Below, piece after piece: positions 1-13,500 of a stretch of DNA of 64,000 nt. The position numbers were made by a program, and so were the translations under genes. This DNA comes from Octopus sinensis (lineage: Eukaryota): the NCBI RefSeq assembly GCF_006345805.1, contig NC_043007.1, positions 28,334,001-28,398,000 of the forward strand. The letters are read 5' to 3'. Every line of letters begins with the position of its first letter. Positions within the stretch are counted from its first letter, which is position 1. The notes under the pieces are model-generated. The model ran no database searches. It worked only from the letters and a program-made list of their open reading frames with translations, and had not been told where the DNA came from.

Positions 1-154
1 GTAGATGTCTATCTTTGATGGTATGTAAATATATACACATTTATGCGTGCATGTATGCATCTATGTAAGTGCACATATGTATATATCTGTACCTAATCTT
101 TTGTGATTATGGGTATTGGTATATAAATATTTACTCTTACATATATATATACAC

Positions 155-314
155 GCAGGAGTGGATGTGTGATAAGTAGCTTGCTTACCAGCCACACAGT
201 TCCAGGTTCAGTCACGCAGTGTGGCAACCTGGGCAAGAGTTTTCTACTATAGCTTTGAGCCGACCAAAGCCTTGTGAGTGGATTTGGTAGACAGAAACTG
301 AAAGAAGCCTGTTG

Positions 315-315
<1 letters not shown>
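155..315 (+). mobile_element. tRNA-derived CORE-like SINE, 5' half (family A)
   Basis: A-box-like TGGATGTGTGATAAG, B-box-like GGTTCAGTCAC, CORE-like CTGGGCAAG segment; same sequence recurs at 7916, 9078, 45360, 45775; ends in (AT)n. Confidence 0.8.
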
Positions 316-354
<39 letters not shown>

Positions 355-914
355 CGAGCAAAATGACCCCTGTCCAATGGACGGTGCAGAGTTGTCAAAC
401 ATTTAAACCAAATTTCCTTAAAACAATTTGTCTGACCGTCCTATAGGCCTCTCCTTTGAGAAACACTGATGTAACCTAAATTTGAGACACCAGTAAGCTT
501 GGCAGGAAAGAAACATGCCTTTAAACAGTACAAAAACAACAAAAAGTGGAAGGTGCAGTTATGTACAGGTTGACAGAAGAAAAGCTGGACAAAAATGATG
601 CATGAAAATGGGTTAGGTGGAGGTAAATCTAGAGGGACAAGCATGATGATTTTTTTTGCGCAAACTGCACATGCATTTTTCTCGTGTACGCATAGTATCA
701 ATCACAACAGCTGATGTACTTGCACATACAAATGCACATTCCCACGGCTTTATCAATCGCATTCTCACCTAGAATCAATTTTTGTAATTTTTTCAAGACT
801 TATACACACCATAATACCGTCGATATCTACATATCAAATTTGAGCACAATCGGATGGAGTATCCAAGAAGACACACAAATAGACAGACAGAATAGATTTT
901 ATATAATATATAGG

Positions 915-1075
915 CTTGAAATGAGGAAAAGATGGACATCCAACAGCTGATGAAGGGTCGTTCTTTATGTTACTTGTCATGTTTTCCATTTGTTTCTCTT
1001 GTTGTTTGCATATTCAACTCATTTGTTTTCATTCTTCATGTTGTTTACAATTTGTGATAACCTGTACTCATATCA
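915..1075 (+). repeat. single arm of the fold-back repeat family seen at 15344-15632
   Basis: CTGATGAAGGGTCGTTCTTTATGTTACTTGTC...GTTGTTTAC matches the right arm of the 15.3-15.6 kb hairpin; followed by (AT)n. Confidence 0.65.
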
Positions 1076-1094
1076 GCATATATATATATATATG

Positions 1095-1490
1095 TCAGTA
1101 AGGTGAGGGTTAACAACGAGTACAATGAAGAATTCTGAGTAGGGGTAGGGGTCCACCAAAGATCAGTCCTCAGCCCCCTCTTATTCATCATAGTTCTCCA
1201 GGCAATAACACAGGAATTCAAGACAGGATGCCCCTGGGAGCTTCTCTATGCTGATGCCCTTACTCTAATTGCTGAGTCACTATCAGAACTCAAGGAGAAG
1301 CTTCAGGTGTGGAAGCAAGGATTAGAATCGAAGAGCCTTAGAGTCAACCTAGCTAAAACCAAAGTCCTAATAAGTAGGAAGGCAGGCAAACCACAAATCC
1401 CTTCAGGTAGATGGCCATGCTCGGTCTGTAGTAGAGGCGTAGGTAGAAAATCTATAAGATGTACCCAGTGTTAGCTATGGACACATAAGA
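1095..1490 (+). mobile_element. RTE-like LINE RT fragment (PHD-containing family)
   Basis: translates to HQRSVLSPLLFIIVLQAIT...LLYADA...VNLAKTK...WPCSVC with stops; homologous to 30.5-31.6 kb and 51.0-51.4 kb. Confidence 0.85.
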
Positions 1491-1732
1491 ATATTATTAT
1501 TGATTAGGATTAGAATTGAAAGTAAAATTTCCACTTATTTCTTATTCTTATTTTCTAAAATTTTTGTTGCGTCTTGCAGCATTTTCAATAGTAGTGAGTG
1601 TGTAAAATTGTAAGAAAATGACTCACCTCAGACACAACAGAATAAGCTTCAACACATGAACTCACATAAAGAATTTTGCAAACCAAATCCAAAAACGAAA
1701 TATGTATGTATGTGTGTGTGTGTGCGTGTGTG

Positions 1733-1781
<49 letters not shown>

Positions 1782-1786
1782 ATGTA

Positions 1787-3063
1787 TGGTGGTTGTTTAC
1801 TCCTTATGCAAAGTTTGACCACTTCCTGTACCTACACCTTAACGCCATCATTGTATCTGATGTGGCTTTTTAAACCAGACAATGTTCTGAAAAGACACCC
1901 ACATAGATTGCATATCCGATTTGGACCACCAAGAGCTGCAGATAAGTTCTGATCTTTGTGGATCTTAAAATGTCTTTTGAGGCCTCCGTTAGATTTGTGA
2001 ACCTTCTGGCATACACTGCATTCAAAGGTGTGTACAGTCATATAGGCAGAATAGTTGGTGGAGGTTCGCTTTCCATGGGTTTGCAAATGAGATTTGAGGC
2101 CAGCTAAAGACAGGCATGGTCTGTCACAGACTGTGCATACAAAAACGTTATTATCATTCACCTTCTCGATTGTTACATTCTTCCTTAGATGTCTTTTGAG
2201 TCTTACTTGTGTTATCCTGGCCTCTTCAAATGCTTTCACTCCACTCCACACTTTTGTTCACCATCCACCTCGATCCGAAGCAAGGGTTTCTATATCTTCT
2301 GGAACCATTCCAAGCGACTTCATAGTAGTCCTTATGCCGTCCTTAAACCTTTTTTTTTAGGTTTACGCCAATAGCATTTCCTCTCTGCAAGCTCACCATA
2401 AAACAGTTGTTTCGGCATGCGTTCATCCGCCATTCAAACAATATGGCCACACCATCTCATTTGGTTCCTCAAAATCATAGCTTTAATTGAGGTGATGCCT
2501 GCAGATGCAAGGACATCTGTGTTTGGAGTAAAAGAACTCCATTTAATGTTTAAAATGCAATGAAAGCATTTTTAGTGGAATTGTTCTAACAATTTAAAAT
2601 GCTTTTCATAACAAGTCCTTGTTTCACAAGAATACAACAGGGATGGTAAGACAAATGATTTGTAAAGAGCCAGCTTTGTATTCTTATTTATATGTCTCTG
2701 GCACCATACATGTGACTCAAAGCCAGCAAATGCTTTTACTGTCTTTTGAATTCGAAGGTGTATTTCTGTATCAAGTTTCCAAGGCAGACAAACGAATCGA
2801 CAACCTCAAGTAATTTTCTCTTAACAAAAATTTTAGTGGGGGTTACTAACAGCACTACATGCAAGTTGGTGCATTACAACTGTTTTTTCAAGTTGGTAGT
2901 CAAGCCAAAATCATCACAAGGTAAGTCAAATGCAGATACAAGAGATTGTTGTTCGATATTTTATGTAAATATCCTCCTCAGAGTTTTAAAAAGCATGTGA
3001 CAACACAACAGCAAAATATATTGCAAAGAGGGTGGATGCATCAAGGTCTCTTTGCTTCACTCT
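1787..3063 (-). mobile_element. 5'-truncated RTE LINE 3' end encoding C2H2 zinc fingers (copy 1)
   Basis: ORF 1832-2251 with CxxC-x12-HxxxH motifs; upstream MRWCGHIV/RMPKQLFYGEL RTE C-terminal motifs; near-identical to 10573-11849. Confidence 0.85.
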
Positions 3064-3079
3064 GTTTCCTATTTTGAGG

Positions 3080-3170
3080 GCTACTACTACTACTATTGCT
3101 ACTACTGCTGCTGCTGCTACTACTATTATTAGTACTACTACTACTAGTAATGATACTAATAATAATTATA
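3080..3170. repeat. (CTA)/(CTG)/(AAT) trinucleotide array
   Basis: direct reading of the sequence. Confidence 0.9.
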
Positions 3171-3409
3171 ACAGTGATGCTTTATTCCTGTATGCATGTC
3201 CTCTATGCTGTTTCATTAATCTATAACCTCTCATTTTCCCTATTTGTTTCCAACAACAGAATATCCCATACTCTGGGATATCTCAGAAACAGTCATAAGA
3301 CTGAATTTTTTTCCCAATGATAATAATGTATATGACTTGAAATGTTTGCCTTGCCTTAATGTTTGTTGTCCTCTTTAACAATTATATATCCGCTATATTG
3401 GATACATAT

Positions 3410-5765
3410 GTAGTAATGGCCAGCAACGTTTTGCTGTTTCTATTAAGGCTGCCCTCAGTAGCTGCCCATCCTCCTCTGTTGAAAGTAGGTGGAATTATAT
3501 CCTGGAAGCTTTGTATACCACATCAATAGATACTTTTGGCATGAGTGAAAAGTATAACCCAGATTGGTTCAGAGTTGGACTCACAGGGTTGGAACCAGTT
3601 ATTGAAGCAAAGTGTGCAGCTCTGATGCAATACAAGAGTGATTCTTCTACAAAAACACTCAAAGAACTTAGAAAAGCAAGAAGTAAAACCCAACTGACTG
3701 CCAGACGCTGTGCAAATAGGTGTTGGCAGGAAATTTGCAGAGTATCCAGTCAGCTGCTGACAGTGGCAACACCTGTGGGATGTATGCTGGTTTGAAGAAG
3801 GCCTTCAGTCCATCTGCAACCAAGTCAGCTTCTCTAAAATCAATTACTGGAGATCTCATCAAAGACCAAAGCAAGCAAATGGATAGATGGGTGGAGTACT
3901 ACCAGGATCTCTACTCACAGGAGACCACGGTCACTGAAGCTGCAATCAAGAGTGTCAAGATCTTGCCGGCCATGTGCGAACTTGACAATTTGCCATCCAT
4001 AGCAGAGCTCACCAAAGGCACCGGTAAAAGATGGTATCCCCTAAGAGATCATCAAAGCCAGTAAAAACACCACCCTGCTTTGGCACCTTCATGAGGTTCT
4101 GTGTCAGTGCTGGGAAGAGGGTACAGTCCCTCAGGATATGCAGGATGTTAACATCATCACGCTTTACAAAAATAAAGGTGACCGTGGTGATTGCAACAAT
4201 TACCGTGGAATCTCTTCTCAGCACTGTTGAAAAGACCTTTGCCTACATAATCCTGCCCAGGCTACAACTGCTTGCTTCTCGAATTTATCCAGAATCGTAG
4301 TGTGGCTTTAGAAGATACTTTCCATACGCCAACTTTAGGAGAAGTCCAGAGAGCAGAAAATGCCATTATATATGGCCTTCATTGATCTGACAAAGGCCTT
4401 TGACTTGGTCAGTAGAAAAGGCCTCTTTATCTTGCTTCAAAAATCAGATGTTCACTACAGTTGCTGAGGATCATCGATTCTTTCCATGATGATATGCAAG
4501 GCACCATACAGCACAATGGTTCAACATCAGCCACCTTCCAAATAAAGAATGGGGTAAAGGAAGGCTGTGTCCTTGCTCCTACATTATTTGGCATCTTCTT
4601 CTTGCTGCTGCTGCTGTCACATGCCTTTGAGACATCAGATGATGGAGTGTTTCTGCACAGTAGAAGTGACAGGAAACTTCAATCTCATGCATCTGCATGC
4701 CAAGACCTTAATCAGAAGTGTCCTGATCAAGGAGATGCTATTTGCTGATGATGCAACTCTGGTATCACACTTAGAAGAAGCCCTGCAAAGGCTCATCAAC
4801 TGTTTTGAGCAAGCATGTGGTGATTTTGGCTTATTTATCAGCCTCAAGAAGACCAACATCATGAGTCAGGCTACATCAGACATCCCAGACATACTTATTG
4901 GAAACCACAGACTACAGGAGGTAGAGAAGTTTACCTACCTTGGCTCTACCATCACCTACAACCTATCCCTTGATGCCGAGCTCAATATATGCATTGGCAA
5001 GGCAGCTGCTGTGATGACCCAACTCTCCAAATGGGCATGGGACAACAATAAGCTGACCAAGACTACAAAAGTGAAGATTTACCAGGCATGTGTACTTAGC
5101 ACTGTACTGTATGGAAGTGAGACCTGAACACCATACACACGCCAAGAGCGTTGCCTAAACATCTTTCACCTGCACTGTCTCCGGAAAATCCTTTGTGTCA
5201 AATGGCAGAATCATGTCCCCAACAAAGATGTCCTCAAGCAAGCAGGAATACCAAGCATGTTTGCACTCCTCACACAAAGACGTATGAGATGGCTTGGACA
5301 TGTTAGCCGTATGGAAGATGGCAGAATCCCCAAGGACATACTCTACGGAGAGTTTGCTAGGGGCACTAGGTCTGTTGGAAGACTGTTCTTATGGTACAAG
5401 GATATCTGCAAAAGAGACATGAAGGCCTGCAAACATCAATATTACCAACTGGGAAGCAGTTGCCAGAAACCGTGGAGATTGGCGACGCACCATAGAAGAG
5501 GGAACACAAAGGTGTGACAGAGGGAGAGAGGAGAAATGGAAAGACAAGAAAAGATGTCAACAAGAAACTATGACACTACAACCAGCCAGGAAAAGTCTTT
5601 GTTACATCTGCGTCGCCTGCCAGAGGGAGTGTTTGTCCAGGATAGGACTACACAGCCACAGCAGGAGATGTATTAGGACATGAAATGTAAAAGTCGGACT
5701 AGCTATTTTATGTGCAACTCCATTTTCTCCTGAGACAAAAAGGATGCCAACAACAATAACAATAT
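3410..5765 (+). mobile_element. degenerate RTE-clade (BovB-like) LINE, RT and C-terminus with 3' tail
   Basis: YMAFIDLTKAFDLV, GVKEGCVLAPTLF, LFADD, FTYLGS, RWLGHV motifs in broken frames; 3' CCATTTTCTCCTGAGACAAAAAGGATGCC followed by (CAA)n-like tail. Confidence 0.9.
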
Positions 5766-7260
5766 ATATCAGATATATATGAAGTAATGGCCAGCAACTG
5801 TAGCATCAGCATCAGTAACAACAACAGCAATAGCTGCAGTAACAATGACAATATGTCAGAGTAGCAAGTAGTTGCAGTAAAACCATTGCCGCCAGCCACA
5901 AAATCCCTAGTGGGAGAAAGGAGTCCATTGCCAACACTATCGCCCCCTGTGGCAGCAAACAAACAACTGTAACAGCAGGACTTAAGCAACTCTCACAAAT
6001 GACAGCAGCAACAGAAGTAGCAGTAGTAGAAGCATGGAAAAGGGCTGCTCAGGAGTTAGAATTACAAAATCTTTTCAGTAGTCATATTGGACAAAAAGCA
6101 TAAGTACTTGAAAGAATCCCAACAGCACATCAACCGAGTCAGAGGAGAGCAAAAGCACAGAAGAATGATGATGCACATCTGTACATCGTTGAAGCAACGT
6201 ACACAGGAACAGGCCTCCTTAGAGCAAGCCAAACTGTGCTTGAAACACATTTGGCAAAACAGATTTTGTTACATATTCCAGCCAATATTATTGTAAGCAA
6301 GTGAATGTTCAGTCGAAGACTCTATTCCAGAAGCAAGCACTCAACAGTTCCACATAGAAGTGACAAATTTACACTAATACCAATTTATCTGGGACTAAAA
6401 GTGACCAGGATAAAAAAAGAAAAAAACCCCACTAACCTTCCACTAAAACTATGCTTCTGGGGATGGGAGTGAAATATGTAATGTCAGGGGGCTCTAGAAG
6501 CTGCTAGAAATGAAGATTCTGAAAGGAAAATTGGGTTGGAAATTCTTGAGACACTAGACACGGTCCCCGATCAAAGAGACATCCTGGGAGAGTAGAAGTC
6601 CAAATGTCACAAATGCAAGTACATCGGTCCTCTCAGGGCCTTCTGTCCCAACAATAACAACATAAAGTGGCAACTGAAAGAAGGTCTCCATTACTGCCAA
6701 CACACATCATAACAATAACAACTACAACAGCAGCAACAGTAGCCTGCAGTGCCATTTGTAAAACTGGAAACAACAACTGTAAAAACACCATCAACTGTGA
6801 ATAAAATATTAACAAAAGAAGCACCGACCCCAAGGCAACAGAAAGCTCCAAAACAACAATGATACTGTCCCTCACCCCTGCTAAGGTATGTCTTTTATTG
6901 ATTTGGACCACTCGGACATATTTTGTGCCGAAAGTGATGTGCGACTCTGAATGATATAAAAAGCGACTAACTGAAGGAAAGCAAACATTGTACCAACAAA
7001 ATGGTTGGGAGGTTTGAGGGAAGACGAGAGCTGCGTTTAAACAACGATACACCAATACCACCTTCAACAAAGTAGCAACACTATCAGCAACATCTTCGTC
7101 ACCACCTCACCACCACCATCACAAGCATCACCAACATTACAAACACAAACACAACCTAATTCACATGCGTGCACGCACACACACACACTCACACATATAC
7201 ACACACACCAACTGCCAGAATACCACACCGATATGATCAAAAACAGAAATAAATAATTGC
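5745..7260. repeat. degenerate CAA/CAG-rich low-complexity tracts with unassigned intervening sequence
   Basis: repeated CAA/CAG/CA runs at about 5745-6040 and 6650-7260. Confidence 0.55.
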
Positions 7261-7915
7261 ACAGCCATAGACACAAGCAACTAAATTTTAATGAATCCCA
7301 TACATCAACACGCAAGCACCAAATCACACTTGTGGGGTTATGGTGAATATCTGTTGTTATGTGTCGGATGGATCTGGCTGTTAGCTGAGTGCAGCATGAA
7401 GATCATCTTCATTTTACCTTCCTTTGGCAAAGAAGGGCAGGTAATCTTTATGTCTGATGATTTTAGCAAAAGAGGTTGTGTGGTAGACGAGATTGAAAGG
7501 ACTGAAGGCAGACACCTTTGTTTGTGGCCAAACCTCACCAACCTTTTCAAATTTTACTTGTAAAGAAAAATGAGGCTGGGGAGAGAAGTACTATCTTTCG
7601 GAAAATTTCTTGAAAAGAAGTTGAGAGTGGTGAGCAAGATCCAAGTGAACATGTGCCTATAGATTGGAGGAAGATAACTGGCAGAAGGCACTTATCATCA
7701 TCGTCAGCGTGACCGTGGTTTTCAGGGGGTTTTATGAGTAGCCCTCAGAGTTCTCCAACTTTTTCAGGAATTATTCCTAGTTTGAGATTTTTTGGCTTCT
7801 TTGCCTTTGTCCTTTTCTGTTTATGTTATTTAGCCCTATATCACCTGCAGCTGCCCCCAATGATTTTTGTCAACTCTTAATGGTTATTAAGCAAATCATC
7901 ATCATCATCATCACC

Positions 7916-8338
7916 AAAGGCGGAGGCGTGGCTCTGTGGTAAAGAGTATGCTTCCCAGCCACACAGTTCCCAGTTCAGTGTTTCTGCATGTCACCTTGGA
8001 CAAGTGTCTTCTATTATAGCTTAGACCAAGCCTTGTGAGTGGATTTTGTTGATGGAAACTGCAAGTATATATATATATATATATACATATATATATACAC
8101 ACACACATACACACACACACATATATCTGTGTGTATCATTGTGGTTCCCCACCACCACCGCTTGATAACCCAGTGTTTGCGTGTTTATGACCCTGTAACT
8201 TAGTGCTTCGGCAAGAGAGACCGATAGAATAAATACTAGGCTTTAAAAATAAGTACTGGGTCTTGTCGTTTGACTCTTCAAAGCGGTGCCCCAGTATGAC
8301 CGCAGTCTAATAACCGAAACAAGTAAAAGATAAAAGAT
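7916..8338 (+). mobile_element. full-length family-A tRNA/CORE-like SINE with internal (AT)/(CA) microsatellite
   Basis: tRNA-like head, CORE-like body, microsatellite about 8065-8125, tail ...GAAACAAGTAAAAGA shared with 46118-46292. Confidence 0.85.
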
Positions 8339-8347
8339 CATCAGTAT

Positions 8348-8385
<38 letters not shown>

Positions 8386-8438
8386 TTGCTGTTGTTGTTG
8401 TTGTTGATGATGATGATGATGATGATATCTTTTTTCAG

Positions 8439-8664
8439 TCTTTTTGAGACCCATCCAGACGTTCAAGATGTGTTCATGCCATTTCGTGGTCTGGCAGCAG
8501 AAGATATGAAGCAGAACTCACGTTTAATCTCTCATGCTCTTCGGGTAATGGGGACAGTTGAGAAATGTCTTGCCCGTATAAATGAACCAAGGAGACTCGA
8601 AGATATGCTCAAGAATCTTGGCGCCCGACATGTCATGTACAATGCTAAAGTGGATTACATTGAT
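8439..8664 (+). CDS. globin (neuroglobin-like), exon 2 (B12.2 to G7.0)
   Basis: TTTTTTCAG acceptor, LFETHPDVQDVF (CD1 Phe), SHALRVM (distal His E7), LGARH (proximal His F8), GTAAGT donor at 8665; phases 2 and 0 match conserved globin intron positions. Confidence 0.92.
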
Positions 8665-8930
8665 GTAAGTATGTTTGTTGTTGTTTGCTGTTGTTGTGTT
8701 GTTTTGCTGTTTTGTTGGTCAGTCTCTTAATCCATCGGGTCTAGACACCACCACCAAAAACTCTGACGTCATCAACCCACTCCACATATACTCGTAATAA
8801 TGAGAAATTGGACTTCAACTGAAGGTTGACAGAACACTCATTAATTCAAGTGGTTGGCTCTTTTTCTCCTTTAGCACCTTTTTACAGAAATGCAGACATA
8901 CATTTTTATCATTACTCAGGCTTTTGGGTA

Positions 8931-9218
<288 letters not shown>

Positions 9219-9454
9219 TGCATGTGCATGTTAATATTAAAAAAAAAACTTTGCTCGTGTATCTGCTTTTGTTTTTATTTCTGTGTGTGTATGGACGTTA
9301 TGCTTGATCGTATGATAATGCTGGAAATTACAAACTTACTGCAAATATCATATTTGTATTCTACGTCATCAAAATATTTGTTGCAAATACTTTTACCATT
9401 TGACAAAATTTTGAAAGATAATGTACGAGAAAAATATAGAAAAGATTATTATTA

Positions 9455-9685
9455 TTGAGTGAGAGTGCAGTGCATGCCATCAAAGTGATACTGGGGCACA
9501 AATATATGTAGCCCAGTATACCCATCATGACAACCCTTCTGATAAGGGTACACCAGGTACATGCATCACAGCCTTATGTGCATGACATGGTGATCTCATA
9601 TCAAGATAAATAGCGCATGACCTTGCATATGGGGCCAAGTTAGAATCTTCTTCAAGTAGCCCATCCCACTCAAAAGGGCATGGGC
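9455..9685 (-). mobile_element. probable SINE/LINE 3' remnant with (AAT)n tail in globin intron 2
   Basis: GC-richer island ending in an AAT repeat on the minus strand; family not assigned. Confidence 0.4.
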
Positions 9686-9781
9686 ATATTAATATTTTTT
9701 TGTGCGCGAATTAACACATCCTTTTTCAATGATTATTTTCAACAACTTCACCTAATTCTAGATTTGTTGTTTCTGTTACAG

Positions 9782-9913
9782 TTAATTGGTCCTCAGTTCA
9801 TTCTGGCTATCAAACCTGAAGTTGGTGACCACTGGTCCCTGGAAGTTGAAGAAGCTTGGTCAGATCTCTTTAAGTTAATTACACATATCATGAAAGCTGC
9901 TATGGCGTTTTAA
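9782..9913 (+). CDS. globin (neuroglobin-like), exon 3, G-H helices and stop
   Basis: TTTCTGTTACAG acceptor, LIGPQFILAIKPEVGDHWSLEVEEAWSDLFKLITHIMKAAMAF*, phase 0 compatible with exon 2. Confidence 0.9.
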   Translation, partial: LIGPQFILAIKPEVGDHWSLEVEEAWSDLFKLITHIMKAAMAF

Positions 9914-10524
9914 AAATCATTTTCAACCAACCAAAACTGGTTTATTTTTGATTCGTGGTCGAGTTGTGATTGTCGGTTGATGTCCACCCACCGAAACAAC
10001 CAATGAATATCTGAAATTTGCCAAATGCTAAAAAATAGAATGGAACAAGAATTCTCTTTTCATTTCTATTTTTTGTTATTTTTATCATAAATAATTGTCA
10101 TCTTTGGCAACATCATCATGAAACGACGAAGGAAGCTTCTATGTTGCAACCTATCTTGATAGAAACAGTAAGCAAATCTCCTTCATGCCACGTCTCATAG
10201 CTTTAAATACAGAAAGAACACATTAGTTAATATAATGCTAGATAAGCCTAACAAAGACATGACTGTGACTGAATGACATGGATCACATGTTTTCTCAATA
10301 AGAGTGGATTTGCAGCTCAACATCAACAACAATCATTATCATCATAGATGGGAGCGATCAACAAAATTCATATTCATAATCATCCATGTTTCTCTAACAA
10401 GAGCAACAGCATCAACAACAATGAGTGACAAGAATGTTTCTCAAGAATAAATACTCCCGTTACAGTTTTCATTACCCACATCTTAATCTGCCTCTTTTCT
10501 TTCTTCTCTGTAACTTGGTCTCTT

Positions 10525-10572
<48 letters not shown>

Positions 10573-10573
<1 letters not shown>

Positions 10574-13500
10574 GGTGGTTGTTTACTCCTTATGCAAAGT
10601 TTGACCACATCCTGTACCTACTCCTTTGCACTATCATGGCATTTGATGTGGCTTTTTAAACCAGACAATGTTCTGAAAAGACACCCACATAGATTGCATA
10701 TCCGATTTGGACCACCAAGAGCTGCAGATAAGTTCTGATCTTTGTGGATCTTAAAATGTCTTTTGAGGCCTCCGTTAGATTTGTGAACCTTCTGGCATAC
10801 ACTGCATTCAAAGGTGTGTACAGTCATATAGGCAGAATAGTTGGTGGAGGTTCGCTTTCCATGGGTTTGCAAATGAGATTTGAGGCCAGCTAAAGACAGG
10901 CATGGTCTGTCACAGACTGTGCATACAAAAACGTTATTATCATTCACCTTCTCGATTGTTACATTCTTCCTTAGATGTCTTTTGAGTCTTACTTGTGTTA
11001 TCCTGGCCTCTTCAAATGCTTTCACTCCACTCCACACTTTTGTTCACCATCCACCTCGATCCGAAGCAAGGGTTTCTATATCTTCTGGAACCATTCCAAG
11101 CGACTTCATAGTAGTCCTTATGCCGTCCTTAAACCTTTTTTTTTAGGTTTACGCCAATAGCATTTCCTCTCTGCAAGCTCACCATAAAACAGTTGTTTCG
11201 GCATGCGTTCATCCGCCATTCAAACAATATGGCCACACCATCTCATTTGGTTCCTCAAAATCATAGCTTTAATTGAGGTGATGCCTGCAGATGCAAGGAC
11301 ATCTGTGTTTGGAGTAAAAGAACTCCATTTAATGTTTAAAATGCAATGAAAGCATTTTTAGTGGAATTGTTCTAACAATTTAAAATGCTTTTCATAACAA
11401 GTCCTTGTTTCACAAGAATACAACAGGGATGGTAAGACAAATGATTTGTAAAGAGCCAGCTTTGTATTCTTATTTATATGTCTCTGGCACCATACATGTG
11501 ACTCAAAGCCAGCAAATGCTTTTACTGTCTTTTGAATTCGAAGGTGTATTTCTGTATCAAGTTTCCAAGGCAGACAAACGAATCGACAACCTCAAGTAAT
11601 TTTCTCTTAACAAAAATTTTAGTGGGGGTTACTAACAGCACTACATGCAAGTTGGTGCATTACAACTGTTTTTTCAAGTTGGTAGTCAAGCCAAAATCAT
11701 CACAAGGTAAGTCAAATGCAGATACAAGAGATTGTTGTTCGATATTTTATGTAAATATCCTCCTCAGAGTTTTAAAAAGCATGTGACAACACAACAGCAA
11801 AATATATTGCAAAGAGGGTGGATGCATCAAGGTCTCCTTGCTTCACTCCATTTTCCATGGCAAAAGATTCAGAGAGCCTACCACCAAAGTTAACTCTAAC
11901 TTTCCTATCTTGATGCAAATCCCTGATCATATTTACAAATTTTTATGGGCAACCTATTTTCTTAGAATTAGCTACAGAGCATTTCGATTAACAATATCGA
12001 ATGCTTTGCTCAAATCAACAAAGCAATGGAATAGAGCAAGATTCTGTTCAATGCACTTTTCTTGTAATTGTCTGATAGTAAAGATACAATCAGCTGTGCC
12101 CCTGGAGGAAATAAACCACACCGAGACTCAGATACAATATTTAGAACTATGAAGGTATTTAAATGTTCTAACAAAATGCAGGCAAGTACCTTTCCAACTA
12201 TAGACAAAAGCAAAATCCCACGAAAATCACTACACAGATCCTTTGGCCCCAATTTATACAAAGAGACTAAAATGGCATCAATCCAGTCTTGAGGCACTTT
12301 TTCAGTTCTCCAACAGTGACAAATTAATGTATTTATGAGTTTAAACATTTTGTCACCCCCATATTTCAAGACTTCCGCATAGATTCTGTAAAGGGAACTG
12401 GTTGCTTCTTTACACTTTTGGGGTGCAACTTGGGTGCAACGCAATTTCCTTTCTTTTTGTTTCTAGAAACTACCAGTCGGTAACAAAACGCAATTTTAAA
12501 AATATATATGATTCTTTATTCAACAATGAAACACGATGGTATACTGGTATCCACCTAGTTTAACACAGCAAGGCTGAATTCTAACGTTTGTAAGTTTCTT
12601 ACAATTCAGCAGCAACGGAACAGGTCAAATCCTAAGCGTCTGGGACAGGAGAATAGGCTGATCACACGTTTAAAAATACGTCCGTTCTCTTCTATCGCCG
12701 TGTCTCAAGTCAACGACGCTATTAAGGAATGCGATAGAATTTCTTCAGTCTGTAGCGCATGTGCATGAGGGAACTTCCTTATGCCTTTCCAGAAGGTTCC
12801 AACCCCGCACACGCACACTGAAGAATGACGTTGTGTGTGCGCACACTGGAATATGACGTCACTACAATTCCATCAGCCCTTGGAGACTTATTATTATTCA
12901 GCTTATTCACAGCTAAATAAATCTCATTTAGAGTTGGTTCAAATGCCATCTCTTCTATAACTGAAAGGTGTTTGATTTTTTCTATCGCCCTCATGTCAGC
13001 GGATGATGGTCTATTCAAAAGTGCAGAGCAATGTTCTACCCAGTGCTTATGAATAGAAGCAGTGTCAGTCAGAAGCAAATGTCCATTTGCTGTTCTCACT
13101 GGAGCTATTGAAGAAGATTTTGGGGGCCGTATACCTCTTTAACATAAGAGTACAAACCCTTGGCATCATTTTTATAAGCTGCTTCTTGTGCCCCTTTTGC
13201 TCTATCATTCCACCATTCCTTAGAGCAGTCTGCACTTTCCTTTTCAGCTTTCTGTAAGCTTCATTTGAGTTGGGGTTCAAGGACTGAGAAAGAAGTGTAT
13301 TGCCTAAGTTTTGTTTTTCTAAAAGTAGATCAAGAATTCCTGCTGAACTATCTGAGAACCAGTCACTGGACTTACGTGATTTAAATCCCAGTGATGAACT
13401 AATAGCCTGAAATACGTTTTTGTTTTGAAATCTTCCCATAGATTGTTTGGGTCAAGATTGATACTTTCTATAGCGTTGTGGAATCTTTGCAAGTTGCTTG

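Noticed and set aside
540-715. KKSWTKMM...IFF segment as globin exon 1
   Set aside because: In-frame stop just upstream, weak acceptor, no phase-2 donor at the B12 position.
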